In this document: positions 40,394 through 49,819 of the stretch, piece by piece
How the letters are laid out: each line of letters starts with the position of its first letter
How positions within the stretch are numbered: the stretch's first letter is position 1
IMG/VR virus record: IMGVR_UViG_3300031920_000341
Span: 80,267 to 144,266 of that record
Length of the DNA stretch: 64,000 bases
Strand: one strand, 5' to 3'
From: a virus
Taxonomy: Duplodnaviria; Heunggongvirae; Uroviricota; Caudoviricetes
Program-made: the position numbers and the translations under genes
The notes under the pieces: generated by a model
What the model was told of the DNA's origin: nothing
The model's input: only the letters and a program-made list of their open reading frames with translations
Databases searched by the model: none

Positions 40394-42199
40394 ATGGGAA
40401 ATATTGCGTTAAAGATAATACCAAGTACCGAAAAGAATTATATAAGCTATAGTAAAAATTATAGAATATTTGGTACAGTGGAGAAAATTGAGTATGCAAG
40501 TAAAATTGTTAACTTCAAAGACTCAGTTTCTATAGGAAGTAATGATATCCAATTGCTTAATAGATTTTTTAGATATTCTAAAAACAAAGATATTTGGTCA
40601 ATGTGGTATGATATTGATAATGGTAGTTCACCTAATATGAGTGAAATAGCCGCAATTATATTAAATCCAGATGAAGATTTTTACGTTGAACTTAAATATG
40701 AATATGATAATGGAACAAATAATACTTTGCCAGATTCAATAGTTATCAATTTTGCGACCATTTATATTGAACTGGACGGTCCAAAAGTTACCCTAGGTGA
40801 TATTACTCCAAATGTTGCATGTTCAGATGAGAGTTGCCTTAGTGTCGTAATCAATAGGGATCCTTCATTTGATCCTTATGCTGTTGGTGATATGACTAAA
40901 CTTGCACAGAATATGTCGTTTGCCGTGAATCAAATATTTGGTTTAGATTCAGTATATTTTCATACATCACCGGTCGAAGGAGCTGGTGATTATATTTTCA
41001 AAGAATGGAACTTATATGATGTAGATGCAATGAAATGTGTTAAAATAGCATTACCTGGTAATAAATTTCCTGATAATATGCCATACTTTCATGAAGATGG
41101 ATTAGATTATGAAGAACCATTTGAAGTGCATATCGATAAGATTTATTTTGAAAGTATTTTTGGTAAAGAAGCTGAACCACGAAATAAAGATTTTGTATAT
41201 TTTCCATTAGTTAACAGGATTTATAAAATATCCGGCGCATATTTAAAACGTGGGTTTATGATGCAACATATATTTTGGAGATTAATGTTAACTAAATTTA
41301 AACCAAACATTAATTATATATTAAAAGCAGAAGAAACTCAATATTTAGATAACCTACTTCTAAATAGTGAGAATACCCTATCTGAAATTGCAAATAAAGA
41401 GACAGAGGACGCTTTAATGCCAAAACAGTATAAAACCATATCAGAACGATTTGATGAGACCAGACGAGCTCTAAATGAGAATTTGATAATGAAACAACTT
41501 AGCTTATATTATAACTATAATATGTTTATTGAATATTATTATGATCAAAATGAAATGCTTGATGATACATATCCGGTAGTATACAAGGAATCACCTAAAT
41601 TAAATGATGAAGTTCAGAATATTACATATACTTCATTATTTAAAATGAATTCAGATACAACTATGATTGAGTTGTTATATGGCAAAGAAATACCAGGTTC
41701 ACCTAGTTCGCCCAGTGATGATACAAGCGGAATTCATTTATATGGAATGTATGATGCAGCACTTGAATTAATAAACATATTTATTGTAATAAATGATATT
41801 ATAGAAATTGTTACAATAGAAGATGTAGAAATAGATAAATGGTATGGTATTATATTACAAGCATCGGTTGAATTTAACCAATATTCATTATTTGTATATG
41901 ATACAACCGTTGATTCTATTGATGAAGGAAATATTACAGATTTTAATTTAAAGAAAAGACATATTGTTCAAGTTGCATATTCAAGTCCTAATCCTTTAGA
42001 ATTTAATGTTGATGCATATTATACAATTAAGAAAAGCAATATTGACTTAGCTAATATACGAATATTTAAAACAAATATTAAAGAAGAACAACATTCATAT
42101 ATTTTAAGTAGTTTATTTGTTAAAAACGAAAGTGATCTTATTTTAATCGATAATTGTAGACCTAGACTTAATGCACCATTCATAGCAAAATCAAGATAA
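40394..42199 (+). CDS. Neck/head-tail connector (gp14-like) with C-terminal LamG-like domain
   Basis: PFEVHIDKIYFESIFG...PRNKDFVYFPLVNRIYKI; C-terminal DKWYGII...ANIRIF; sits next to a gp15-like gene. Confidence 0.55.
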   Translation: MGNIALKIIPSTEKNYISYSKNYRIFGTVEKIEYASKIVNFKDSVSIGSNDIQLLNRFFRYSKNKDIWSMWYDIDNGSSPNMSEIAAIILNPDEDFYVELKYEYDNGTNNTLPDSIVINFATIYIELDGPKVTLGDITPNVACSDESCLSVVINRDPSFDPYAVGDMTKLAQNMSFAVNQIFGLDSVYFHTSPVEGAGDYIFKEWNLYDVDAMKCVKIALPGNKFPDNMPYFHEDGLDYEEPFEVHIDKIYFESIFGKEAEPRNKDFVYFPLVNRIYKISGAYLKRGFMMQHIFWRLMLTKFKPNINYILKAEETQYLDNLLLNSENTLSEIANKETEDALMPKQYKTISERFDETRRALNENLIMKQLSLYYNYNMFIEYYYDQNEMLDDTYPVVYKESPKLNDEVQNITYTSLFKMNSDTTMIELLYGKEIPGSPSSPSDDTSGIHLYGMYDAALELINIFIVINDIIEIVTIEDVEIDKWYGIILQASVEFNQYSLFVYDTTVDSIDEGNITDFNLKKRHIVQVAYSSPNPLEFNVDAYYTIKKSNIDLANIRIFKTNIKEEQHSYILSSLFVKNESDLILIDNCRPRLNAPFIAKSR

Positions 42200-42212
42200 A
42201 AACATAAAAGAA

Positions 42213-43016
42213 ATGATACAAAAGAATAATTTAAAAAATAATGTATTTAGAAATGCAACAATTGCAGCATTGGATCATTTGAATCGTGTAATTATATTAC
42301 AACAACATGAAACAGATGGAATTCATGAATATCCAATAAAATTCTTTTACGATTTTAAAAACGATAAACAGTTTATAAAAGATATGTTTTTAGAATTGCC
42401 GCATGGTTGTGCTATACCTAGTCATGCCGAAGGTAATTTTGATATAAGTCCCAAAGGTACATTAATTCTTAATAATTTTGTTGTAAAAAAAGATGAAATA
42501 ACAAATAGATTTGTTCGTGCCACAAAATCTCAAATAACATATGATGAAAATAATAATCCACAAAAGAAAGCATATTCTGGTTTAATGTTTGTAATGCCTA
42601 TGAAGTTATCATATACGTTAACATTATATTCGGATTCTCAACTTCAAATGTATTTATTGGCACAAGAAGTGTTATCACAAGTATACAAGAATACTATACT
42701 ATATTATGAATACGATGGAATGAGAATGCCAGTACAACTATATATTGGAGAAGATCCAAATGCAACATTACCAACCGAATTTAAATGGGAAAATGATGAT
42801 GAACATAGAATGCAAATTGCAGTATCTGTTGAAACATTTTTACCGGTATTTGATGAAAAATCATTAATATTTAAAGGTAATAGAATACACGAATTTTATA
42901 ACAATATTTATAATGATAATCAAGAGTATTTAATTAGAGCGGATGTTGTTACAAAAGATACTGTACTTAAAGTTAATCCTACTGAATCATCACAGGATGA
43001 TATAAATTTAGGTTAA
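42213..43016 (+). CDS. Tail sheath stabiliser/terminator (gp15-like)
   Basis: RNATIAALD...PKG...PMKLSYTLTLYSDSQ pattern and gene context. Confidence 0.55.
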   Translation: MIQKNNLKNNVFRNATIAALDHLNRVIILQQHETDGIHEYPIKFFYDFKNDKQFIKDMFLELPHGCAIPSHAEGNFDISPKGTLILNNFVVKKDEITNRFVRATKSQITYDENNNPQKKAYSGLMFVMPMKLSYTLTLYSDSQLQMYLLAQEVLSQVYKNTILYYEYDGMRMPVQLYIGEDPNATLPTEFKWENDDEHRMQIAVSVETFLPVFDEKSLIFKGNRIHEFYNNIYNDNQEYLIRADVVTKDTVLKVNPTESSQDDINLG

Positions 43017-43574
43017 CTTTTCTAACTGATCATGATTTAATGTTAAATCCCAATCATTATATGTAAACTTTGCTGTGAATGTATTCATTATAGGTTCGTT
43101 CTTACTATATGCCATTTTAAAATTTGTCATACCAGTAAGAATTACTTTATGTAAATCTAAGAAAATCATAGCATACCCTTCATTATTAAGCAATACTATT
43201 CTGAATCCATCAAAATATTGTTGTTTATTATTGAAATCTAAATACTGTAATGCGTTATCATAAAATATAAAATAATTAATAAATGCATCGCTGAGTTTAA
43301 ACTCAACATTAAATTGTCTTTCAACCAAATCTTTTATAGGCTTAGCATTTTTAAAGTCTTGTTCTGCACCATGCATTCTAGTCTGTCTAACCATTCCCAT
43401 ATCCCAACCAGGAAAATCAATAGAAGATATTGTACTAGACATAAAATCATCTAATCTATCATATGGCAATAGCATTTGCTTATGATAAGCATTATATCGT
43501 TCTTGTATTTCCGAATAAAAAAAAGTATTAGGAAACAACAGTATAAAATTATTTAATCGTTGGTTTAATATCAT
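43008..43574 (-). CDS. Tail tube-family protein (gp19/gp54-like)
   Basis: ISSIDFPG, FNVEFK, FTAKFTYN; size and context. Confidence 0.5.
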   Translation of the reverse strand: MILNQRLNNFILLFPNTFFYSEIQERYNAYHKQMLLPYDRLDDFMSSTISSIDFPGWDMGMVRQTRMHGAEQDFKNAKPIKDLVERQFNVEFKLSDAFINYFIFYDNALQYLDFNNKQQYFDGFRIVLLNNEGYAMIFLDLHKVILTGMTNFKMAYSKNEPIMNTFTAKFTYNDWDLTLNHDQLEKLT

Positions 43575-43975
43575 TATTTCATAAACATGTTTATTATGTA
43601 TACTATTGCAGCAAATGCGCTAGTACCGCCAATTATAATGAGCGATATTCTTAATAATAAGAATTTACTCAAATTTACAATAGAATTTTTAACCGATTCT
43701 AATGTTTGTTCAATTTTATATAACATATCCAATTTCTGTTTCATTGAATCTAATTTGTCATCTAATCCTTCATTGCTTGAATTCACAACTTCAGTTAGTA
43801 ATTTCACAAGACCATCACGATTTTTGAAAAAATCTACTGTGCCTTTCGTATTGCTATTAATTTCAGATAATATATTATTTTGAGCTTCCGTTCTCTTAGC
43901 AAAGAGCTCGAATGTTTTAATCAAAATACTAATGTCATCTTTAATTACACCATCAGGGAATAATGCTTCATCCAT
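43574..43975 (-). CDS. Coiled-coil protein with C-terminal transmembrane helix, 133 aa
   Basis: ISLIIIGGTSAFAAIVYIINMF hydrophobic end. Confidence 0.7.
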   Translation of the reverse strand: MDEALFPDGVIKDDISILIKTFELFAKRTEAQNNILSEINSNTKGTVDFFKNRDGLVKLLTEVVNSSNEGLDDKLDSMKQKLDMLYKIEQTLESVKNSIVNLSKFLLLRISLIIIGGTSAFAAIVYIINMFMK

Positions 43976-45675
43976 TACACTTTACCTTTTTTTAAGGAAT
44001 CAGCAAGTTCGCTGTTAGACCGTACTAATTTATCTATGTTGTTATTTAACATTAAAAAAGCTTCAACATTTCTTTTAGTTGTAATGTCATTTATTACATA
44101 GATAGTATGCTCTCCATCTTCAGAGATTGACCTTCTTGCACTTATACTAACAAGAATTATATTTCCGCTATCATCAATAAGTTTAAATTCAGCATTATTT
44201 ATTTTTGGTTTTGAATTTAGCATATTTGATAAATTTCTAAAATCATTTTTATCTAAGAATAATGTACCAATATTTTTATTCAATAATTCTTCAAATGATT
44301 TTAATTTAAATAATTCAATCAATGGATCATTTGCAAATATTATATCATTAGCCTTATTGCATGCAATAACAGGTTCAGGTATCATATTTATTAAGTTTTT
44401 AAACTTCTTTTTTTCATGTTCAATTTTAGTTTGAGCTAATTTTTGTTCAGTAATATTAGTTAATAATTTAAATCTAACTTTACTACCATCAATCCAATCA
44501 ATTGATTTCATTGTTATTAAATAATATAAACCAGATACACTATCAAAATATTCAGTATTTACTACATGTTCATCATCTTCTTCAAGTTTGTAGTTATAAC
44601 AATCATTACAAACTTCATCTCTTGAATGTACCGCATAATGACATGTTTCATTAACAAATGATTTCTCAAAATGATCATTTGAATATTTATTTGAAAATAT
44701 AATTTCATTAGTATCAAATCTACTAACATAAATTGGCGATTCTATGCTATTAAACAATGAATACATTTTATCATGTTCAATCTTAACTATATTTTCAGCT
44801 TTTTTTCGTTCTGTTATGTTTATCATTATTCCACGAGTACCAGATATTTTACCATTTTTAACACGATTTATTCTTAATATAACCGGAAAAATTTCTCCTT
44901 TTGAATTTATTCCATAAATATCTTGTGTCATTGTTTGTTTTTCAGCATGTATACACATATCAAAAATTGCTTTAACCGTATCAACATTTTCTTTAGCAAT
45001 AAAATCAATTAAGTTAACTTTGCTTAAATCTACATCAGAATCTATACCAAATGTTTCATATCCATCATTATTTAAAAATAAAAAATTACCATCCACATCG
45101 GTTTCAAATATAATTTCAGGAAGCATTTCTGCAATTTCTTTATATTTAGTTTGACTTTTAATTAATTCATGTTTTGTTTCTTGTCCAATTATGAAATTTC
45201 TTAGAATATTAATTATACTATTAAATGGTATTTCAACACTTTCTGTTATATCTATACCTGCATCGGTTTCAACAAGAATAAAACCCCAACATCCATTATT
45301 TGATGAAATAGGAAATATTCTAATATTTGAATTTTCGCTTAATGTAAAATCACTTATATCACCTTTTGATATTCCTTTAAGTTCTGTAATCATTTTTGAT
45401 TTACATAAATTATTTGCAAATTCCATAGATATTTCTTTTTTCTCAGGAGTTAAATAATTTGTTAATCTACCATTTTTCGATAAAATGAAAGTTTGGTCAA
45501 TTATTGGTTTATCATGTTTAGATATCTTGTATAATGATACTATTGAATTGGCGCTACAATCATTTATAAAATCCATAAATATATTTTGTAATGCAATAAT
45601 AAAATCTTTTTCATTATCCTGTGCTTCAGTAAGAGCTAATAAGTGTGTATGGAAGTCGACTAAATTTTTTTTCAT
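43975..45675 (-). CDS. Multi-PAS domain protein (possible GAF + 3 PAS) with no output domain, 566 aa
   Basis: KYKEIAEMLPEIIFETDVDGNFLFLN...NITERKKAE; SIESPIYV...NITEQK; MIPEPVIAC...DITTKR. Confidence 0.85.
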   Translation of the reverse strand: MKKNLVDFHTHLLALTEAQDNEKDFIIALQNIFMDFINDCSANSIVSLYKISKHDKPIIDQTFILSKNGRLTNYLTPEKKEISMEFANNLCKSKMITELKGISKGDISDFTLSENSNIRIFPISSNNGCWGFILVETDAGIDITESVEIPFNSIINILRNFIIGQETKHELIKSQTKYKEIAEMLPEIIFETDVDGNFLFLNNDGYETFGIDSDVDLSKVNLIDFIAKENVDTVKAIFDMCIHAEKQTMTQDIYGINSKGEIFPVILRINRVKNGKISGTRGIMINITERKKAENIVKIEHDKMYSLFNSIESPIYVSRFDTNEIIFSNKYSNDHFEKSFVNETCHYAVHSRDEVCNDCYNYKLEEDDEHVVNTEYFDSVSGLYYLITMKSIDWIDGSKVRFKLLTNITEQKLAQTKIEHEKKKFKNLINMIPEPVIACNKANDIIFANDPLIELFKLKSFEELLNKNIGTLFLDKNDFRNLSNMLNSKPKINNAEFKLIDDSGNIILVSISARRSISEDGEHTIYVINDITTKRNVEAFLMLNNNIDKLVRSNSELADSLKKGKV

Positions 45676-45677
45676 TT

Positions 45678-45923
45678 TTAGTTAAGTCTTTTTTCATTTT
45701 TATGCGTAGCAATATTTGCAAATGTTTTAATTGATTTAACAGATTCAATTAATTGATACATTATATCATTAACATAAGTTAAGAATGTGGTAAATGTTGT
45801 ATTGGAACTATACATTTTAGCTGATAGATTACGTTCCATTACAACATCTTTATAGTCAAACCCTTGGTGTAATAACTTATCATTACGAGTGTTAAGTTTC
45901 CAATATAAACCATCATGTATCAT
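45678..45923 (-). CDS. Small hypothetical protein, 81 aa
   Basis: Coupled ORF in operon. Confidence 0.7.
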   Translation of the reverse strand: MIHDGLYWKLNTRNDKLLHQGFDYKDVVMERNLSAKMYSSNTTFTTFLTYVNDIMYQLIESVKSIKTFANIATHKNEKRLN

Positions 45924-47269
45924 TACACTAAGTATTTTTTTAATTCCTCCATAACATTATCCTTTAATAATTTAACACCATAGTGTAATTTCTTAGGATT
46001 TGCTTCAAAGAGTTCATTCCAACTAAACCATTGATATTTTTCTATTTCCCAATTTGGTTGTGGCATAAATTCGTCACCGACTAAGCCAACATAATTATAG
46101 AAAGTAAATCCATTGGATTGATTAACATAAACTTCATTTAATGTTAATTCGCCCATATATCCGGTCTCATCTGAAAATAGTCTTTCGCTTTCTATTTTCG
46201 CATGCTCATTATTATTTATTTGTTTATTTAAGTTAAATGTTATCAAACCCCAAGTTCCTGCTTCCGCATCCTCTGCTGAACGCTTACCAAGTAGTATTTG
46301 TTTAGTTTTTGTTGAAATAACAAATACACCTGCCGCAGTCTTCTCACCATGTTCGTCTACGATTTCATTTAAGCTCATATATGGAGTTAAAATAGAAATT
46401 ACACGTTCCAATATTTCTTCCTTTTTATCATCGTTTACATTCCACCATGTTTGTCCACCATCATCACTAAAATATGATGGATCACGTAAGTTTTGCCACA
46501 TAACTCCAGATTCTCCACTAATTACTTCAGCTGTATCTTGCCATTCAAATGGATTATTAGTTATTGGAGTTATTGTTTTATATTGAGCAAGTAAATCAAA
46601 TAATTGTGTTGTCATTCCTGCACTAAATCCACTATGTCCTTGTTTTGAAAATTTATCAATAAGTTCTATAACAGATTTTGATACCATATTATTATATTGC
46701 GCAGAAATTTTATCATCAGTTTCACTAGGATTCTCTTCAATCATTCCAGCAAGCATTAGTTCACGTTTAGCGTGTGCAACCAATGCACCTTCAAAGGTAG
46801 GAATAAATTCAGTATAACGCGATTCTTGAATTAAATCTAATCCATTAAGATATTCAAGAAGTTCTTCTGAAGTATCAAAGGTTTTATAAACACTATGCCC
46901 AAATGTATAAATACTACTTGTTCTTCCACCCATTACAAATGAATGATAGGCCTTAGCTAATTCAACATCATCCATATTGTATACACCATACTTTCTAAAA
47001 TTATCTGTTATTTCAGGATATATTGTTTCTTGAAAATCACTTGCTTTATCAAAACCCTTTTCAGGTAATGATACAAGCTCTTCATGACTCATTGGAATTC
47101 TGTATATTTCATTACCAGAATCATTTCTATGTATAAATAGAAATATTTTCTCATCATTTTCTTCAAACGCATAACATTGCACATAATTTGGATCATCATC
47201 ATCAGTAAATATTAAAATACGTAATGGGTCCATTCCAATTATATTTCCTTGTGAATCAATTTCAGCCAT
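45923..47269 (-). CDS. Multidomain protein with C-terminal degenerate Nudix fold, 448 aa
   Basis: AAGVFVI...ILLGKRS...GTWG...DETGY...WEIEKYQWF. Confidence 0.65.
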   Translation of the reverse strand: MAEIDSQGNIIGMDPLRILIFTDDDDPNYVQCYAFEENDEKIFLFIHRNDSGNEIYRIPMSHEELVSLPEKGFDKASDFQETIYPEITDNFRKYGVYNMDDVELAKAYHSFVMGGRTSSIYTFGHSVYKTFDTSEELLEYLNGLDLIQESRYTEFIPTFEGALVAHAKRELMLAGMIEENPSETDDKISAQYNNMVSKSVIELIDKFSKQGHSGFSAGMTTQLFDLLAQYKTITPITNNPFEWQDTAEVISGESGVMWQNLRDPSYFSDDGGQTWWNVNDDKKEEILERVISILTPYMSLNEIVDEHGEKTAAGVFVISTKTKQILLGKRSAEDAEAGTWGLITFNLNKQINNNEHAKIESERLFSDETGYMGELTLNEVYVNQSNGFTFYNYVGLVGDEFMPQPNWEIEKYQWFSWNELFEANPKKLHYGVKLLKDNVMEELKKYLV

Positions 47270-47271
47270 TT

Positions 47272-48084
47272 TTATTGTTGTTTTATTAATTTAATAACAT
47301 CAGATTCGGTTAATTTATATTTGCTAAGTAAACCTTCTAAGTTATCACTTGTTTCAATTACATTAGGTTTTTGATTTGGTTTTATTGACCATATGCCAAA
47401 TCTTGGTATTGTAAATTGTGGTCCATCTGTTTGTTGTACTACTGGCGAAATACCTAAATCAGTTATAAAGATTTCTGTATTAGGACCTTCGCTTTCATTA
47501 ATTAATATTTCATACATATCAGCTTCTTCATCTGTTACAATTCCTAGTTGCTTAGCTAAAGCTATTGCTGTTTTTTCATCAACTAAACCAGATTTAATCA
47601 GTTCAGTATAATATTCTTTATTTTGGTCTAAGTGATCCATTGATATTTCCATGGCAGCATCTTCGTATTTAGTATGTTCTTTTTGAACTTGTACCCCAAC
47701 CGCTAATTGATCTTGAGGATAATCATCAGGATCATGTCCATCGCTGTAGTCGAGACCTTCTTTTTCAAATTCAGGAAAATCTTCAATATCAAGACCATTT
47801 TGTGTAGCAAGATAAGACATGACAGCTTCAGCAAAAAGTAATTTAATTGCTTCCATATCTTCTTCACCTAAGTCATTTAATGTTATTTCGGTTTCATCAC
47901 TTAAATTTTCTATACCTTGTACTTCACCTGGTTCATATCCCCCTTCTGGAAGATTAAAAGAAATTATAAGATCAAGAGGATCATTATTATCAGTAAATTT
48001 TTGATGTAATACATTTATCAATTGAGATTTATTCTCATCTAATACACCGTGTTTAAATTCATTTATTGTTGGGACAGTATACAT
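47272..48084 (-). CDS. DUF5661-like domain protein, 270 aa
   Basis: QLAVGVQVQKEHT...ISMDHL...YYTEL. Confidence 0.6.
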   Translation of the reverse strand: MYTVPTINEFKHGVLDENKSQLINVLHQKFTDNNDPLDLIISFNLPEGGYEPGEVQGIENLSDETEITLNDLGEEDMEAIKLLFAEAVMSYLATQNGLDIEDFPEFEKEGLDYSDGHDPDDYPQDQLAVGVQVQKEHTKYEDAAMEISMDHLDQNKEYYTELIKSGLVDEKTAIALAKQLGIVTDEEADMYEILINESEGPNTEIFITDLGISPVVQQTDGPQFTIPRFGIWSIKPNQKPNVIETSDNLEGLLSKYKLTESDVIKLIKQQ

Positions 48085-49725
48085 TTATTCAGATCTTTTT
48101 GTTATATCTTTTATAAGTATGTTCATACTACATAGATTTTCATCAGATAATCCACTTTCATATGTATTGCCATACCTATCACTCCAACCACCACGTATAA
48201 TTGGTAATTCATTCTTAGCAATAATTATGTCATTAAAACTATCAATACTAATATTATCAGAATTAGGATATAGTATTTTATGTTTTTCATTCTTTTCACT
48301 AATTATATTTATTGATACTGAATCAACACCACTAATATCTTCAATGATTTTAATTATATCACTTTTTGGTATTCTATCAGATCTACTAATTGTTAAGAAG
48401 TAATTACTTACGGCATCAATGATATCAATTTTAATAATATCAGTTGGTACATCATCATAAGATACAATTCCTATGTTAAGTACATACCTACTAATTATTG
48501 GATCAACTATTTTTATATCAGTTGCAATAATCTTAGTTCCCATCATTTCTATTGTCTGTAATAATCTTTCTTTTTGAGTTGTGGAAAGTAAGAATCGTTT
48601 TTCTTCAATTGTAAAATAATTTTCATTTCCAGTTAATAATAAATCAACACGTGGAATTAAAAATAAATTTAACATACGTTGATCGTCTGGATCAGGAAAT
48701 ATTCTGATTATTGAGAATGACTGTAACCGTTTTAATAATAATTCATAATTAGGATAACTAACAAGAGGCGTTTCGCTTTTTGATATCATTTGTCTTGTTA
48801 AAGTAATAGGTTCAGCATTTGCTCCATAATAGGGCGCAAGTGTAGTAGTAGGTTTAAGTATACCATTAATATCAAGTTCTTCTCCAAATATTGTGAAACA
48901 ACTATCTTTAAATTCAAATGATACGGCTTCGGGATTACTTACATTTATATTACCTGCTAATCCATCAGATATTAAATATTCAACACGTATTTCGGTTCCT
49001 AATTCAGGAACAGTACCAAAGTGTCCATTACCAAAAAATATATCAATACCAGATGTAACACCAGTTCTGATATAGAATCCTTGATCTTCTCTTGGCATTT
49101 CAAATATTTTTGTATATCTTTTGAATTTTACATCATTAACATATACATTTACATAATGATTATCAATAAGAAAGTTTTTACTAAACTGTAATGAGAAACT
49201 TTGATAATCTGTTCCTTTACCAGTAAAATATTGTGTTTCGATTCTACCTTGTTTTAATACGATTCTTGTACTTGTTGCAAGATCTTCTGTATTTATTTTA
49301 ATTTCATCTTGTGGTAAAATCATTGAATAATCTAGACTATTATTTAAACAAGTTAATATTGAATAATTAGGTATTATAATAGTATGGTTTGGTATTTCAT
49401 CAATAATTGTAGTAAGCGGTGTTACTGAGATTTCAGCCGAAGCGGCAATACCTCTACTTGGTTGATATCCATTCATAGATGATAGTGAATGTACAGAGGT
49501 CATACGTGACGCCTCTTTGATGTTTAATTCGGTTATCGCATCTTCTATATAATAGAAAATTAAGTGTGCCAAGTTTTGAAGCACAAATAATATTTGCCCA
49601 AACGGAGATGCTACTGTAAATATCTTTCTTGATTGCTTAAATCTATCTACAAGATAATCTGTTGCATCAATTAGAAGCTCATGTGTTTTTATTCTGAGTG
49701 TATTGAATATTTTTAACGTGCTCAT
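48085..49725 (-). CDS. Baseplate wedge protein (gp6/baseplate J-like)
   Basis: ASRMTSVHSLS..NGYQPSRG, IFFGNGHFGTVP..G..IRVEYL..DG..GN, GANAEPI. Confidence 0.8.
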   Translation of the reverse strand: MSTLKIFNTLRIKTHELLIDATDYLVDRFKQSRKIFTVASPFGQILFVLQNLAHLIFYYIEDAITELNIKEASRMTSVHSLSSMNGYQPSRGIAASAEISVTPLTTIIDEIPNHTIIIPNYSILTCLNNSLDYSMILPQDEIKINTEDLATSTRIVLKQGRIETQYFTGKGTDYQSFSLQFSKNFLIDNHYVNVYVNDVKFKRYTKIFEMPREDQGFYIRTGVTSGIDIFFGNGHFGTVPELGTEIRVEYLISDGLAGNINVSNPEAVSFEFKDSCFTIFGEELDINGILKPTTTLAPYYGANAEPITLTRQMISKSETPLVSYPNYELLLKRLQSFSIIRIFPDPDDQRMLNLFLIPRVDLLLTGNENYFTIEEKRFLLSTTQKERLLQTIEMMGTKIIATDIKIVDPIISRYVLNIGIVSYDDVPTDIIKIDIIDAVSNYFLTISRSDRIPKSDIIKIIEDISGVDSVSINIISEKNEKHKILYPNSDNISIDSFNDIIIAKNELPIIRGGWSDRYGNTYESGLSDENLCSMNILIKDITKRSE

Positions 49726-49819
49726 ATAAATATTGTTTTTACTATTTTATTTATTTATAATGTTAAGGTTAGATATTTTGGATAAATAAAGATATATTAT
49801 TATTAAAAAAATTAAGCGA

